Notes: generated by a model from the sequence alone, not told the origin. Positions 1 through 11,703 are shown, counted from the stretch's first letter. The stretch: 64,000 nucleotides of DNA from an uncultured Gammaproteobacteria bacterium (GCA_964547465.1 CAZJNI010000004.1:19927-83926); one strand, 5' to 3'. Program-made: numbers and translations.

Positions 1-1
1 A

Positions 2-457
2 AACAATTTTTCCAGCTTTATCTCCAGTAATAAAAGAGAAACTGTTGCTCCGTATAGCAAATTTAGTATTTCTGTCCCCAGATTAAAAATTGATAATTTA
101 TCCGTGGATGTTGATAGTAATGATTTGTCTAATGGTTTAGCACACCTGCCGGGTACTTCTTTACCGGGTGAGAAAGGCAATGTTTTTATTTCAGGACATT
201 CTGCCTTAAGTCCAATATTTAGTTTTAAAACAGCTGCTTTTGCTAAACTGCAAGATTTAAAAAAAGGAGATCAAATCATTTTGCAGGCAGAAGGTACAGA
301 GTTTAGCTACCTTGTGGAGGAACTTAAAGTGGTGGACCCTAAAGATTTGTCTGTGATAAATCCTCCGGATAAAAGAGGCAGGTTTATTACTTTAATGACT
401 TGTGTCCCACCGGGATTAAACTTTAAAAGATTAGTGGTTTTGGGTAAGCTGATATGA
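2..457 (+). CDS. Sortase (5' partial)
   Basis: Frame is open from the window start; catalytic motifs SGH...ITLMTC...R. Confidence 0.9.
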   Translation, partial: NNFSSFISSNKRETVAPYSKFSISVPRLKIDNLSVDVDSNDLSNGLAHLPGTSLPGEKGNVFISGHSALSPIFSFKTAAFAKLQDLKKGDQIILQAEGTEFSYLVEELKVVDPKDLSVINPPDKRGRFITLMTCVPPGLNFKRLVVLGKLI

Positions 458-831
458 AATATTTAGGTGTAGATTTTGGATTAAGAAGAATCGGACTGGC
501 TACATCAGATGGTATTCTTTCTGCCCCTTTTAAAGTATTAGAAGTTAAGAATTTAAATGATGCTGTTTTAAAAGTTGAGGAAACTATTAGAGACGGATCT
601 TTTGATAAAGTAGTAGTCGGATTACCGGAAGGAAAGATGGGACAGGCTGTTCTCGGATTTATTAATAAATTAAGAAAAAGCGGAATAGATATTATAGAAG
701 TTGATGAAACGCTGTCTTCCAAGAAAGCTTTAGAGCAGATGATAGAATTAAATATTCCTAAGGAGAAAAGGAAAGTTAATGACGATATTGCAGCTGCCAT
801 AATTTTACAAAACTATCTAGATCAATTATGA
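454..831 (+). CDS. ruvX: YqgF/RuvX pre-16S rRNA nuclease (Holliday junction resolvase-like)
   Basis: LGVDFGLRRIGLA, VVVGLP, VDETLSS, DDIAAAIILQNYLD. Confidence 0.93.
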   Translation: MKYLGVDFGLRRIGLATSDGILSAPFKVLEVKNLNDAVLKVEETIRDGSFDKVVVGLPEGKMGQAVLGFINKLRKSGIDIIEVDETLSSKKALEQMIELNIPKEKRKVNDDIAAAIILQNYLDQL

Positions 832-1784
832 AAAAGATCATAACTTTTATAATTCTCATAATTATTATAATTTTTATATTAAGAGGTTGGTGGCAATCTC
901 AACTTGGTCCAGTTTCTTCTGATAATAAATCAGTAGTATTTGTAATAGATAAAGGTGAGGGATTTTCTCAAGTTACTGATGATTTAAAAAAAGCAAAACT
1001 GATTAAAAACCCTTTAGTTTTTTCTTTGTATGGAAAACAATCCGGATTGGCAGGAAGAATACAAGCCGGAACATTTAGACTATCTCCCTCTGAATCTTCA
1101 CAGCAAATCCTTAAGGTTTTAACTGACAATCCGCTGGATACATGGATAACCTTAATTGAGGGATGGAGAATAGAGGAGATGGCAGATGTTTTAAGTTCAA
1201 AGTTCAAAATTCAAAGTTCAAAGTTTTTAAAAATAGCCAAAGAGGGTTATATGTTTCCGGATACATATCTTTTTTCAAATGATGTGACAGAAGAGCAAAT
1301 AGCAAAAAGATTAAGAGACACTTTTGACTTAAAATTTACTAAAGATTTAAAAGATAAAATTAAAGCCAAAGGTTTAACTGAAAATCAGGGTGTAATTTTA
1401 GCATCAATTGTGGAAAGAGAAGCCAGATCAGATAAGGTAAGGCAGGAGGTAGCCTCTATTTTACTGAAAAGATTTAAAATTGGCATGGGGCTTAATGCTG
1501 ATGCCACAATCCAATATGCGCTGGGATATCAACCCCAAGAAAAAAGTTGGTGGAAAAGGCATTTAAGTCATGAAGATCTGACTATTAATTCTCCCTACAA
1601 TACATATATCCATTCAGGGTTGCCCCCAACCCCGATTTCTAATCCAGGATTATCCTCGCTTCAAGCAGTGGCTAATGCAGATCCCGCCACTCCATATTTA
1701 TATTATTATCATGATTCAAAAGGTAATTCCTATTATGCGAAGTCGCTAGACGAGCATAATGCAAATGTGGCAAATCACCCATAA
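828..1784 (+). CDS. mltG: Endolytic transglycosylase MltG
   Basis: N-terminal TM helix, EGYMFPDTY, LASIVERE, SPYNTY..GLPPTPISNPG; follows ruvX. Confidence 0.93.
   Translation: MKKIITFIILIIIIIFILRGWWQSQLGPVSSDNKSVVFVIDKGEGFSQVTDDLKKAKLIKNPLVFSLYGKQSGLAGRIQAGTFRLSPSESSQQILKVLTDNPLDTWITLIEGWRIEEMADVLSSKFKIQSSKFLKIAKEGYMFPDTYLFSNDVTEEQIAKRLRDTFDLKFTKDLKDKIKAKGLTENQGVILASIVEREARSDKVRQEVASILLKRFKIGMGLNADATIQYALGYQPQEKSWWKRHLSHEDLTINSPYNTYIHSGLPPTPISNPGLSSLQAVANADPATPYLYYYHDSKGNSYYAKSLDEHNANVANHP
1193..1227 (+). repeat. Heptamer tandem array (AAGTTCA, about 5 units) in frame in mltG
   Basis: aagttca aagttca aaattca aagttca aagtttt, read as SSKFKIQSSKF. Confidence 0.85.
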
Positions 1785-1790
1785 CTTCAG

Positions 1791-2243
1791 ATGAAAAAGC
1801 ATTTTACTGCAACTGTTTATATTGTCTCCAAAATTGATAATGAATATAAAGTTTTGCTTCATTATCATAAAAAGCTTAAAATCTGGATTGCAATTGGAGG
1901 ACATGTTGAAAAAAATGAAAACCCGATAGAGACTGCTTTAAGAGAAGTTAAAGAAGAAACAAATCTTAAAATTAAAATTTTAAATAATAAAAAGCTTTTA
2001 AAATTAAAAGGAATAAATGAGATTATCTTGCCTGTTGCGGTAGTTGAAGAAGATGTCCCGGAATACTGGGATGAACCTTTCCACCAACATATAGATCTAA
2101 TTTATTTCGCATTTTGTGAAAATCCAAAGAAATTAAAAATGGAAGAAGAATCCAGGTGGTTTTCCAAAAAAGATTTAAAATCAGCTCATTTAAATAAAGA
2201 AGTGCTAATATTGGCGGAAAGAGCACTAGATTCTTATGTTTAA
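1791..2243 (+). CDS. NUDIX hydrolase
   Basis: Nudix box GGHVEKNENPIETALREVKEETNL. Confidence 0.9.
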   Translation: MKKHFTATVYIVSKIDNEYKVLLHYHKKLKIWIAIGGHVEKNENPIETALREVKEETNLKIKILNNKKLLKLKGINEIILPVAVVEEDVPEYWDEPFHQHIDLIYFAFCENPKKLKMEEESRWFSKKDLKSAHLNKEVLILAERALDSYV

Positions 2244-2604
2244 TTTTTGGGGGAAGGTTAGAAAAGCAAATCTTAGGGGAAGAAAATTAGGATTTCCAAC
2301 TGCCAATGTATCTTTGCATAAAAATATTCCAGAAGGAATCTATATTTCTAAAATTACTTTGGATGGGAAGAAGTATCAGTCAGTAACTTTTATTGGGGTA
2401 GCAAAAACTTTTGGAGAGAAAAGATTTCATTCCGAAACTTATATTTTGGATTTTAAGAAAGAAATTTATGGTAAATGGATTTCTGTGGAACTAATTAAAA
2501 AAATCAGAGGAAATATAAAGTTTAATTCGGCAGAAGAGTTAATTAAACAAATGAAGAACGATGAAAAGATAGCAAGAAAATATTTTTACCTCTTGACTAG
2601 GTAG
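2236..2604 (+). CDS. Stand-alone riboflavin kinase domain (C-terminal half of RibF)
   Basis: GRKLGFPTAN, ETYILDF..EIYG, IRGNIKF; no FAD synthetase domain. Confidence 0.85.
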   Translation: MFNFWGKVRKANLRGRKLGFPTANVSLHKNIPEGIYISKITLDGKKYQSVTFIGVAKTFGEKRFHSETYILDFKKEIYGKWISVELIKKIRGNIKFNSAEELIKQMKNDEKIARKYFYLLTR

Positions 2605-2621
2605 TTTCCTTATGGTAAATT
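2593..2621 (+). promoter_or_regulatory. Sigma70-type promoter for rpoBC
   Basis: TTGACT-17 nt-TAAATT with extended -10 TG. Confidence 0.55.
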
Positions 2622-2735
2622 AAGATTAATTAAAGAGAAATTTCGGAGGCGTACGGTAACGTATGCTTCATTTTGTTGACTCGTAGATATAGAAGGATAT
2701 TGACGAGCAAGACTGCCCGGTCTGGCCATCTACTA

Positions 2736-5700
2736 ATGTCTTTACAACTTGTTGATAATAAAACTATACGTAAATCATGGAATAAAGCACCCACTTTAAC
2801 CCCACAGCTAAACTTAATAAAAATTCAACTTGATTCATATAATTGGTTTCTAACAGAAGGTATAAGAGAAGTTTTGGATGAGATTTCCCCGGTTGAGGAT
2901 TTCACCGGCAAAAATTGGTCTTTGGAACTTGGAGGTTTTTCATTTGGTAAACCCAAATATACTCCGGATTTGGCAAAAGAAAAGGGCGTCACATATGACG
3001 CTCCTTTAAAAATTGAGGCTATTTTAGTTAATAAACAAACTGGCGATAGGGGTAAGCAAGAAGTTTTCTTAGGTGATATTCCCCAGATGACCGAGAAAGG
3101 AACCTTCATTATAAATGGGGTAGAAAGAGTCATTATTAATCAATTGGTCCGCTCTCCCGGAGTATTCTTTTCTGCAACTGATGATCCAATTACCGGAAGA
3201 AGGCTTTATTCAGCAGAGGTTAGACCATATAGAGGTTCCTGGTTGGAATTTTCAATTTCCCGAACCGGTGTTTTAACTGCCAAAATAGACAGAAGAAGAA
3301 AATTTGCGGCTACAACCTTACTTCGAGCTTTAGGCTTTTCAGATTCGGAGTCAATAATGCAGCTATTTAGTGATGTGGATACAACTGAAGATAAATATAT
3401 TGAAACAACTTTGAGTAAAGATCCAACCATAAACTCTGATGAAGCTCTTTTGGAAATTTTTAGAAAAATGCGTCCAGGTGATCCGGTTGTTTTGGATAAT
3501 GCCAAAGCTTTACTTGAAGGAATGTTTTTTAACTCCAGACGTTACAATTTAACAAAAGTTGGCAGGTTTAAAATTAACAAAAGACTGGGATTGGATATTG
3601 CAAATACTTTAGAGAATTGGATTTTGACCAATAATGATATTATTGCCACTTTAAAATATTTAATTAAATTAGCAAATGGTGAAGGAAAAGTGGATGATAT
3701 TGACCATTTAGCAAACAGAAGAGTCAGGTGTGCCGGGGAACTGGTACAGCAAAACGCCTTTAGGATCGGAGTTTTGAGACTTGAGAGAATTATTAAAGAG
3801 CGAATGAGCTTAACAACAGCTGATCAAGAACCCACCCCAGGTGGGTTAATTAATGCCAAACCGGTGATTGCTGCTATTAATGAATTTTTCCGCTCATCTC
3901 AACTATCCAGCATTTTGGATCAGGTAAATCCGCTATCTGAATTAGATCATTTAAGAAGATTATCTGTGATGGGTGCAGGTGGGATAACCCGTGATAGGGC
4001 CAGCTTTTCTGTCCGTGATATTAACCATTCTCAATACGGCAGGATTGATCCTATCCGTTCTCCTGAAGGACAAAATATTGGTTTGGTAACCTATTTAGCC
4101 CTTTATGCCAGAATTAATGAGTACGGATTTTTGGAAACTCCATATAGAAGGGTCGTTTTAGAGCGGGGTAAGCCCAGAATGACTGATGATGTAGTGTATA
4201 TTACAGCTGATGATGAAGAAGATTATCATATAACGGAGGCAACAGTTAACACCGATACAAAAGGTAATATTTTAGACGATCGGGTTCCCATCAGATATCA
4301 GGGAAATTTTTTTGAAGGGGAATCTAAACAGGTCTCTTTGATTGATATCTCACCTCAACAAATCTTTGGAACCTCAGCCGCTTTAATTCCATTTTTAGCA
4401 AATGATGATGCAAACAGGGCTTTAATGGGAACTCAAATGCAGTGCCAGGCAGTGCCTCTTCTTAACCCTTCTGCTCCAATTGTTGGAACCGGGATGGAGC
4501 GAATTGTGGCGGATAATATGGGAAGAGTTGTTAGAGCACCTGAAGATGGGGTGATAGTGGCTGTTGATGGTAAAAAACTTATTCTTGAAGGTAGGAAGGA
4601 TGAGTATAAATATGAGATAAAAAAATTTATCCACTCACCTCAAGGAACTTGTTATTCTCAAAAACCGGCTGTAAAGTTAGGACAAAAGATTAAAAAGGGT
4701 GATCTGTTAGTTGATGGTGCAGCTACCCAAAATGGTGAGTTGGCTTTGGGACAAAATCTTCTGATTGCTTACATGAGTTTTGAAGGATTAGGCTATGAAG
4801 ATGCTATTGTAATTTCAGATAGATTGGTTAGGCAGGATCTTTTAACTTCAATCCATATTGAGGAATATGAGGTTGATGTGGTGGAAACAAAGCTTGGACC
4901 GGAAGAACTAACCCGGGATATTCCAAACGTATCTGAAGATGCATTGAGAAACTTAGATGAGCGGGGAATTGTCAGTATTGGTGCTGAAGTTTTGCCAAAT
5001 GATATTTTGGTTGGCAAAGTTCAGCCTAAAGGTGAGACAGAGTTGACTGCCGAAGAAAGGCTGCTTCGTGCAATTTTTGGAGAAAAAGCCAAAGAAGTAA
5101 GAGACACTTCCTTGAGAGTTCCTCATGGAGAAAGAGGTACTGTAATTGGAGTTCAAATTTTATCCAGGGAAGAGGAAGATGAGCTGGATACAGGAACATT
5201 AATGAGAATTAAGGTTAAAGTTGCCCAAATGAGAAAAGTAACTGAAGGAGATAAGCTGGCAGGAAGGCATGGAAATAAAGGGGTTATCTCTCGAATCGTC
5301 CCGGTATCTGACATGCCGCATTTAGAAGATGGAACACCGGTTGATATTATTATTTCTCCCTTGTCTGTTTTATCCCGTATGAATTTAGGACAACTTCTGG
5401 AAACTCATTGGGGTTTTGCTGCAGAAAAATTGGGTTATAAAATTGCCGCCCCGGTTTTTGAGAAAATGCCGGAGGAAATGTTAATTGCCGAGCTTAAAAA
5501 GGCAGGTTTGCCTACTGATGGAAAAGTCAGACTGATCGATGGGAGAACCGGTCAGGCTTTTGATAACACTATTGTGGTTGGTAGAAATTACATCTTAAAA
5601 CTGATCCATATGGTGGAGGAGAAAATTCATGCCCGCTCCACCGGACCATATTCTTTAGTAACTCAACAGCCTTTGGGCGGAAAAGCACAAATGGGAGGAC

Positions 5701-6077
5701 AAAGATTGGGAGAGATGGAAGTTTGGGCGCTGGAGGCTTATGGTGCTGCACATATTTTGCAGGAGATGCTGACCATAAAATCTGATGATGTGGTGGGAAG
5801 GGCTAAAGCTTTTGAGGCAATTGTTAAGGGAATAGATATTCCACAAGCTTTAATCCCTGAATCATTTAAGGTTTTGGTAAAAGAGTTGCAGGCACTAGGT
5901 TTAAATGTTGAGACACTGGGGGCAAAGATAGTTCAGGCACTGGAAGTCGAGGAAAAGAAAGTTGTTTTGGAAGAAGTGGCAGAGCTGGCGCAGGTTTTGG
6001 ATGCGAAAGAGACAGCAACAGATGAAGAACTTAGCGCTGAAGGAAGCAATTTTGAATTAGTGGAGGGGAATAAATGA
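2736..6077 (+). CDS. rpoB: RNA polymerase beta subunit
   Basis: GTFIINGVERV, GDKLAGRHGNKG, GGQRLGEMEVWALEAYGAA; ATG 2736 preferred over the TTG in the ORF track. Confidence 0.99.
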   Translation: MSLQLVDNKTIRKSWNKAPTLTPQLNLIKIQLDSYNWFLTEGIREVLDEISPVEDFTGKNWSLELGGFSFGKPKYTPDLAKEKGVTYDAPLKIEAILVNKQTGDRGKQEVFLGDIPQMTEKGTFIINGVERVIINQLVRSPGVFFSATDDPITGRRLYSAEVRPYRGSWLEFSISRTGVLTAKIDRRRKFAATTLLRALGFSDSESIMQLFSDVDTTEDKYIETTLSKDPTINSDEALLEIFRKMRPGDPVVLDNAKALLEGMFFNSRRYNLTKVGRFKINKRLGLDIANTLENWILTNNDIIATLKYLIKLANGEGKVDDIDHLANRRVRCAGELVQQNAFRIGVLRLERIIKERMSLTTADQEPTPGGLINAKPVIAAINEFFRSSQLSSILDQVNPLSELDHLRRLSVMGAGGITRDRASFSVRDINHSQYGRIDPIRSPEGQNIGLVTYLALYARINEYGFLETPYRRVVLERGKPRMTDDVVYITADDEEDYHITEATVNTDTKGNILDDRVPIRYQGNFFEGESKQVSLIDISPQQIFGTSAALIPFLANDDANRALMGTQMQCQAVPLLNPSAPIVGTGMERIVADNMGRVVRAPEDGVIVAVDGKKLILEGRKDEYKYEIKKFIHSPQGTCYSQKPAVKLGQKIKKGDLLVDGAATQNGELALGQNLLIAYMSFEGLGYEDAIVISDRLVRQDLLTSIHIEEYEVDVVETKLGPEELTRDIPNVSEDALRNLDERGIVSIGAEVLPNDILVGKVQPKGETELTAEERLLRAIFGEKAKEVRDTSLRVPHGERGTVIGVQILSREEEDELDTGTLMRIKVKVAQMRKVTEGDKLAGRHGNKGVISRIVPVSDMPHLEDGTPVDIIISPLSVLSRMNLGQLLETHWGFAAEKLGYKIAAPVFEKMPEEMLIAELKKAGLPTDGKVRLIDGRTGQAFDNTIVVGRNYILKLIHMVEEKIHARSTGPYSLVTQQPLGGKAQMGGQRLGEMEVWALEAYGAAHILQEMLTIKSDDVVGRAKAFEAIVKGIDIPQALIPESFKVLVKELQALGLNVETLGAKIVQALEVEEKKVVLEEVAELAQVLDAKETATDEELSAEGSNFELVEGNK

Positions 6078-9000
6078 ACGATCTTTTGGATTTTGAAAGT
6101 TTAAAATTAACAGTTGCTTCAGCTGAACAAATCAGATCATGGTCTTTTGGTGAGGTTACAAAGCCTGAAACTATAAATTACCGGACTTTGAAAGCTGAAA
6201 AAGACGGCCTGTTTTCAGAAAATATCTTTGGTCCTACCAAGGATTATGAGTGTTACTGTGGAAAATATAAAAGGATCAGGTATAGAGGGGTAATTTGTGA
6301 TAAGTGTGGAGTTGAAGTAACCCAATCCAAAGTCAGACGTGAGAGAATGGGCCATATTAATTTAGCCTCACCGGTTGCCCATACCTGGTTTGTTAAAGGT
6401 GCCCCATCAAAGTTGTCTTTGATCCTGGACATATCTCCTAAAAATCTGGAAGCTGTGGTTTATTTTGCTTCATATTTAATTATTGCAGTTGATCCGGAGG
6501 GAAAAGCGCAAGCTTTACAAAAATTGGATAAAGATCTGTCAGCTAAAATGGAAGAGTTTAAAAAAGTGTTAGATAAAAATATTAAGGGTCTGGAAGATTT
6601 GCTGAAAAAAGATCTGTCTGATCTTAAGAAAAAACTTGATAAGCAAAGCTTGCCTTCTAAAGAAGGGAAAGAAAAATTTGAGTTGGAAGCACAAGAGATG
6701 GAGCTTAAAGGCAGGCATGAAATTCAAAAACTACGTGATAATCATATAGTTGAGCTGGGACAGCTGGAAAATATCTATAAAGCGGTTTCGGATTTGGTTA
6801 AAAGTGTTATTCCCTCAAAGCTTTTGTCAGAGGAGGAATATTATAAACTTTCAGAATACGGAGTTTCGGAGTTTTTGAGCGTAGGGATGGGTGCAGAAAG
6901 CTTACTTGAGGTATTAAAAAAACTTGATTTGGATAAGCTTTCTGCTTATCTGCGGGATGAAGTTAGAAAATCAACAGGTCAAAAACATATTAAAGCTACC
7001 AAAAGACTTCGGATTGTTGAAGGTATGCGTTCTGCTTCGATTTTGCCTGAATGGTTAATTATCAAAGTCTTACCAATTTTGCCGCCTGATCTTCGTCCAA
7101 TGGTTCAGCTTCCTGGAGGCAGGTTTGCCACATCTGATCTTAATGATTTATACAGAAGAGTAATTAATAGAAACAACAGACTAAATAGATTAATTAATTT
7201 AGGTGCACCGGAAATTATTTTGCGTAATGAAAAGAGAATGCTTCAGGAGGCAGTCGACTCATTGATTGATGCTTCATCCAGATCATCCAGAAGGGGGGGG
7301 CCGGTACTTGCGCATAATTTAAGATCGCTTTCAGATATGTTAAGAGGCAAACAGGGAAGATTTAGACAGAACCTTTTGGGTAAGCGAGTTGATTATTCCG
7401 GAAGATCAGTGATTGTGGTTGGTCCTAAATTAAAACTGGAACAGGTGGGTTTACCAAAAGAGATGGCTTTGGAGATGTTTAAGCCGTTTGTCTTAAGAGA
7501 AGTTATTGCCAGAGGTTTGGCATCCAATGTAAAGGGAGCAAAAAATGTTTTGGAGGCACGGCTTGCTGAAGTTTGGGATATTTTGGAAGAAATTATCACC
7601 GGGCATCCGATCCTTATAAACCGTGCTCCCACTTTGCATAGATTAGGTATTCAGGCATTTTTCCCTATTTTGGTTGACGGAAATGCCATTCAGATTCATC
7701 CTTGTATTTGTGCCGGATTTAATGCTGATTTTGACGGAGATCAAATGGCAATCCATGTACCGCTGTCACAAAAAGCTCAAGATGAGGCTAAAAGTTTAAT
7801 GATGGCCAGAGAAAATATTTTCGGCCCGGCTCATGGTCAACCGATTACTGTACCGAATAGAGAAATGGCTTTGGGTTGCTATTACCTGACCTATATTTCA
7901 AATGCGGATATGGAAAAAGAAGCAATACCTTTTGTATCTGCTGATGATGCAGTCAGGGCATACAACTTAGGCAAAATCAAAGTGCAGCAGAAAATTAAAG
8001 TTAAGATAAGCGGTCAAGTTTTAGAGACATCTGTGGGGAGAATTCTTTTTAATCAGGTTTTGCCGGAAAGTATGCCTTTTCTAAACTCTGTTGTTAAAGG
8101 AATTACCATCAGAGATATTATTCTTAAAGCCACAGAAACTTTTTCGAAAGAGGAAGTTTCGGAAATTATAGACAAGATTAAAACTGTTGGGTTTATGGGC
8201 GCAACAATAGCCGGGATTTCAATTTCTATTTTTGATGCCAAAGTAGTTCCTGATAAACAAAGATATTTGGATTTGGCAGAGGAAGAAATTGAAAAAATCG
8301 AAGGAAATGTTGCCAAAGGATTAATTACTCCGCAGGAAAAATCACAACTCTCACAGATGGTTTGGATCAAAACTACTGAAGATTTGGCAAATTCAACCTG
8401 GGACTTTTTGGGACCGCAAAATCCAATCAGGATGATGGTTGAGGCAGGAGCCAGAGGCTCAAGAGATCAGGCAAAACAACTCTCTGCCATGAGAGGTTTA
8501 TCTACAGATCCAACAGGTAAAATTGTGGAGCTGCCAACAAAATCAAACTACAGACAAGGCTTATCTGTTTTTGAATACTTTACATCTGCCAGAGGAGCCA
8601 GAAAAGGAGTGGCAGATAAAGCCTTAAAAACAGCTGATGCAGGATATTTAACCAGAAGGCTTGTTGATATTGCCCATGATGTAATTATAAGGAAGGAAGA
8701 TTGCGGAACAAAAGAGGGGCTTTTGTATGATATTTCCAAAAGTTCATTTAATACAGCCAGGGAGAAGCTTTTGGGTAGAATGATTTTGGAAAATGTAACT
8801 GAAGGTAAGAGTCGCAAAGTCTTGTTTAAATCAGGAGTAATTTTAACAGAAGGATTGATACAAACTCTGATAAAATCAGGTGTAACTGAAGTTATGGCAA
8901 GGTCTCCCTTAACTTGTGCTGCAACTTATGGAATTTGTATTGCCTGTTATGGGTTTGATCTAACAACCCGGGAAATGGTTAAGATTGGTACTCCTGTTGG

Positions 9001-9793
9001 AGTTGTAGCTGCACAAGCTATTGGTGAGCCTGGAACACAGCTGACCATGAGGACTTTTCATACAGGAGGAATTGTTGGGTTGGATATTACTCAAGGCCTT
9101 CCCAGGGTTGAAGAACTCTACGAGGCAAGAACTCCTAAGGTGGTGGCCCCGCTCTCTGAAATTGCCGGAAAAGTTTCTATTTTAGAAACTGAATTGGGAG
9201 TTAGAGTTAGGGTTAGAACAACCTCAAAGCCGCACGAGGAAAGAGAATATATTATTCCTGTCACAGCCACACTGTTGGTTGAAGAAGATCAATTAATTGA
9301 TGCAGGTACTATTTTGGCATCTGGTCATATTGATGTCAAAGAAATACTGCGCGTTCAGGGACTGAAAGCAGCTCAAAGATATATTGTAGATGAGGTAAGA
9401 TCTGTTTATGAATCACAAGGAGTGCCAATTAACGAGAAGCATTTTGAAGTTATTGTTAGAAAAATGTCTGATAAGGTTAGGATTGAATCACAAGGAGATA
9501 CTAACCTTTTGCCTGGTGAAATTATAGACCAGATTAAATTTGAGGATGAAAATAAAAGAGTTTTGGCTAGTGGAGGGGAACCTTCCACAGCAGAAGTTGT
9601 AATACTCGGGATAACCAGGGCTTCGCTACAAACAGAAAGCTTCTTATCTGCTGCATCTTTTCAGGAAACAACAACTATTTTATCTGATGCAGCTATTCAG
9701 GGAAAATCTGATAAACTATTAGGCTTGAAGGAAAATGTTATAATTGGACGTCTAATCCCAACCAGTGTTGAAAGAGCTATGTTAGAAAGATAA
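6074..9793 (+). CDS. rpoC: RNA polymerase beta' subunit
   Basis: Zn finger CYCGKYK...[26 protein letters not shown]. Confidence 0.99.
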   Translation: MNDLLDFESLKLTVASAEQIRSWSFGEVTKPETINYRTLKAEKDGLFSENIFGPTKDYECYCGKYKRIRYRGVICDKCGVEVTQSKVRRERMGHINLASPVAHTWFVKGAPSKLSLILDISPKNLEAVVYFASYLIIAVDPEGKAQALQKLDKDLSAKMEEFKKVLDKNIKGLEDLLKKDLSDLKKKLDKQSLPSKEGKEKFELEAQEMELKGRHEIQKLRDNHIVELGQLENIYKAVSDLVKSVIPSKLLSEEEYYKLSEYGVSEFLSVGMGAESLLEVLKKLDLDKLSAYLRDEVRKSTGQKHIKATKRLRIVEGMRSASILPEWLIIKVLPILPPDLRPMVQLPGGRFATSDLNDLYRRVINRNNRLNRLINLGAPEIILRNEKRMLQEAVDSLIDASSRSSRRGGPVLAHNLRSLSDMLRGKQGRFRQNLLGKRVDYSGRSVIVVGPKLKLEQVGLPKEMALEMFKPFVLREVIARGLASNVKGAKNVLEARLAEVWDILEEIITGHPILINRAPTLHRLGIQAFFPILVDGNAIQIHPCICAGFNADFDGDQMAIHVPLSQKAQDEAKSLMMARENIFGPAHGQPITVPNREMALGCYYLTYISNADMEKEAIPFVSADDAVRAYNLGKIKVQQKIKVKISGQVLETSVGRILFNQVLPESMPFLNSVVKGITIRDIILKATETFSKEEVSEIIDKIKTVGFMGATIAGISISIFDAKVVPDKQRYLDLAEEEIEKIEGNVAKGLITPQEKSQLSQMVWIKTTEDLANSTWDFLGPQNPIRMMVEAGARGSRDQAKQLSAMRGLSTDPTGKIVELPTKSNYRQGLSVFEYFTSARGARKGVADKALKTADAGYLTRRLVDIAHDVIIRKEDCGTKEGLLYDISKSSFNTAREKLLGRMILENVTEGKSRKVLFKSGVILTEGLIQTLIKSGVTEVMARSPLTCAATYGICIACYGFDLTTREMVKIGTPVGVVAAQAIGEPGTQLTMRTFHTGGIVGLDITQGLPRVEELYEARTPKVVAPLSEIAGKVSILETELGVRVRVRTTSKPHEEREYIIPVTATLLVEEDQLIDAGTILASGHIDVKEILRVQGLKAAQRYIVDEVRSVYESQGVPINEKHFEVIVRKMSDKVRIESQGDTNLLPGEIIDQIKFEDENKRVLASGGEPSTAEVVILGITRASLQTESFLSAASFQETTTILSDAAIQGKSDKLLGLKENVIIGRLIPTSVERAMLER

Positions 9794-9798
9794 GGATC

Positions 9799-10302
9799 AT
9801 GCCAACCATTAATCAATTAGTTAGAAAAGGTAGAAAAGCAATTGTTAAAAAGATTAAAGCCACAGCCCTTCGCCGAAGCTTTAATGCCAAAGATAGAGCC
9901 TACACTCAAAATTTTAATCCGCAAAAGCGGGGGGTAGTTACTTTGGTTAAAACCATGACTCCAAAAAAGCCTAATTCAGCTCTTCGAAAAGTTGCCAGAG
10001 TCAGACTTTCCAACAGGACAGAGGTTACAGCATATATTCAGGGTGAAGGCCACTCGCTGGCAGAGCATGGAATTGTTTTGGTTCGGGGTGGCAGAGTTAA
10101 GGATTTGCCGGGAGTAAAATATCATTTGATTCGTGGAAAATTTGATTTGGCAGGGGTGGTCGGCAGAAAACAAGGCAGATCTATGTATGGCACAAAGAGT
10201 GGTGAAGCAGCAGTTGCGCCCAGATCTGTTGCAGCTCCAATGACAGCAGCACCTGCTGCGCCAGCAACTGGCCCCGCAAGTCCGGCAGGAGAGGCAGCTT
10301 AA
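9799..10302 (+). CDS. rpsL: 30S ribosomal protein S12 with Ala/Pro-rich C-terminal tail
   Basis: [27 protein letters not shown]. Confidence 0.98.
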   Translation: MPTINQLVRKGRKAIVKKIKATALRRSFNAKDRAYTQNFNPQKRGVVTLVKTMTPKKPNSALRKVARVRLSNRTEVTAYIQGEGHSLAEHGIVLVRGGRVKDLPGVKYHLIRGKFDLAGVVGRKQGRSMYGTKSGEAAVAPRSVAAPMTAAPAAPATGPASPAGEAA

Positions 10303-10303
10303 T

Positions 10304-10780
10304 ATGCGTTCTAAAAAGATTGAAAAAAGAATTATTGATGCAGATCCAATTTATAATTCCAGGTTGTTGGCCAAATTTATCAATAAATTGATGAGAGATG
10401 GAAAAAAGAGCATTGCCCAGACAGTTGTCTATAAAGCTTTGGACGTTATCAAAGAAAAATCACAACAAGAGGCCTTAGGTGTTTTTGAGAAAGCGCTGCA
10501 AAATATTTCCCCAAAAATGGAGGTTAAACCAAGAAGAATTGGAGGAGCTTCATATCAGGTACCGATTGAGGTACGGGGGGATAGAAAAGAAGCTTTGTCT
10601 ATCCGCTGGGTATTAGCCGGAGCAAGAGCCAGATCAAATAAGGAGTTTCACACTTTTGCAGAAAAACTAGCAGCAGAACTAATGGACGCTGCGAATAACA
10701 CAGGTTCAGCTATTAAGAAGCGTGATGATATGCAAAAAGTTGCAAATGCCAACCGTGCATTTGCCCACTTCAGATGGTAA
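10304..10780 (+). CDS. rpsG: 30S ribosomal protein S7
   Basis: RRIGGASYQVP, ANRAFAHFRW. Confidence 0.98.
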   Translation: MRSKKIEKRIIDADPIYNSRLLAKFINKLMRDGKKSIAQTVVYKALDVIKEKSQQEALGVFEKALQNISPKMEVKPRRIGGASYQVPIEVRGDRKEALSIRWVLAGARARSNKEFHTFAEKLAAELMDAANNTGSAIKKRDDMQKVANANRAFAHFRW

Positions 10781-11314
10781 ATGATTACCATAATTTTTGA
10801 AGTACATTCCACTACTTTTGATAATGAGAAACATCTTTCTTCTGGACATAATGATGTAGGACTTTCTCCACTTGGTGAAAAGCAAGCAAAGGAATTAGGA
10901 CAAAGATACGAGCATGAAACTTTTGATGCTATATTCTGTTCGGATTTACAAAGATCATATAAAACAGCAGAGATAGCTTTCGGAAAAAGATTTTCAATTA
11001 TTAAAGATAAGAAATTAAGAGAATGTGATTATGGAGATTTAACTGGTCATCCATCAGATGAAGTGGATTCAGCTAAAGTGGAACATATAACTGTGCCGTT
11101 TCCTAATGGAGAATCTTATGAAGACTGTTTGAAAAGAATGAAGGAATTTTTAGATGATCTAAGACAAAAATATCACGATCGTAGTACTTTTGTCCTAATT
11201 ATTGGTCATAGAGCTACACAGTATGGATTAGAATATTTGATAAATGGAAAATCTTTAAAGGAATTAGTAACAACTCCCTTTAAATGGCAACCAGGTTTGA
11301 TTTATAGATTTTAA
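10781..11314 (+). CDS. Histidine phosphatase (phosphoglycerate mutase) family protein
   Basis: SDLQRSYKTA, LRECDYG, FPNGESY, IIGH; the RHG motif reads VHS. Confidence 0.8.
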   Translation: MITIIFEVHSTTFDNEKHLSSGHNDVGLSPLGEKQAKELGQRYEHETFDAIFCSDLQRSYKTAEIAFGKRFSIIKDKKLRECDYGDLTGHPSDEVDSAKVEHITVPFPNGESYEDCLKRMKEFLDDLRQKYHDRSTFVLIIGHRATQYGLEYLINGKSLKELVTTPFKWQPGLIYRF

Positions 11315-11333
11315 AAAGTGGTAAAATAGGAGT

Positions 11334-11564
11334 ATGTCACGAGTTAATCTAGAACCAAATCCCTTAGAATCTCAATCTAAGGTAGGAGAGGTAATTAAAA
11401 CAGCCGTACATACTTTAGGTAGGCCTTTCAGAGAGGCAATCCAGCGGATATTTCCTCGTAAGAGAAGTACACGTCAGACGATAATTAGAGTTTATGATCC
11501 TCTTAGAACAGTGGGTAATCATCCAGGATCAACTTTTGATTTGCCACAGAAACCAAAAGATTGA
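11334..11564 (+). CDS. Hypothetical protein (76 aa)
   Basis: ORF preceded by TG-G-TAAAAT and AGGAG; no recognised domain. Confidence 0.5.
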   Translation: MSRVNLEPNPLESQSKVGEVIKTAVHTLGRPFREAIQRIFPRKRSTRQTIIRVYDPLRTVGNHPGSTFDLPQKPKD

Positions 11565-11595
11565 CCCGCGCAAATTTCTTTGAAATTTGATCGGG
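11565..11595. repeat. Dispersed hairpin, near-identical to P3 of the RNase P RNA
   Basis: cccgcgcaaatttctttgaaatttgatcggg versus rnpB cccgcgcaaatttctaaaagaaatttgaacggg. Confidence 0.8.
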
Positions 11596-11624
11596 TTGAC
11601 TTTTAGGATCAAAATGTTTAGAAT
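11596..11624 (+). promoter_or_regulatory. Sigma70-type promoter upstream of greA-like gene and fusA
   Basis: TTGACT-17 nt-TAGAAT. Confidence 0.65.
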
Positions 11625-11633
11625 TAACTTGTT

Positions 11634-11661
11634 GCCTCCCGAGAATTGAGGGAGGCTTTTT
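11634..11661 (+). terminator. Intrinsic terminator in the greA-like leader
   Basis: gcctccc-loop-gggaggc followed by TTTTT. Confidence 0.7.
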
Positions 11662-11703
11662 AAATATTATAAGCAAAGCTTGAAATTTTAGAAGACTAAA
11701 ATT

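Noticed and set aside
6490-6800. Long insert in the RpoC N-terminal region as an intein
   Set aside because: No C/S start, HN end or LAGLIDADG motifs. It reads as a lineage-specific coiled coil.
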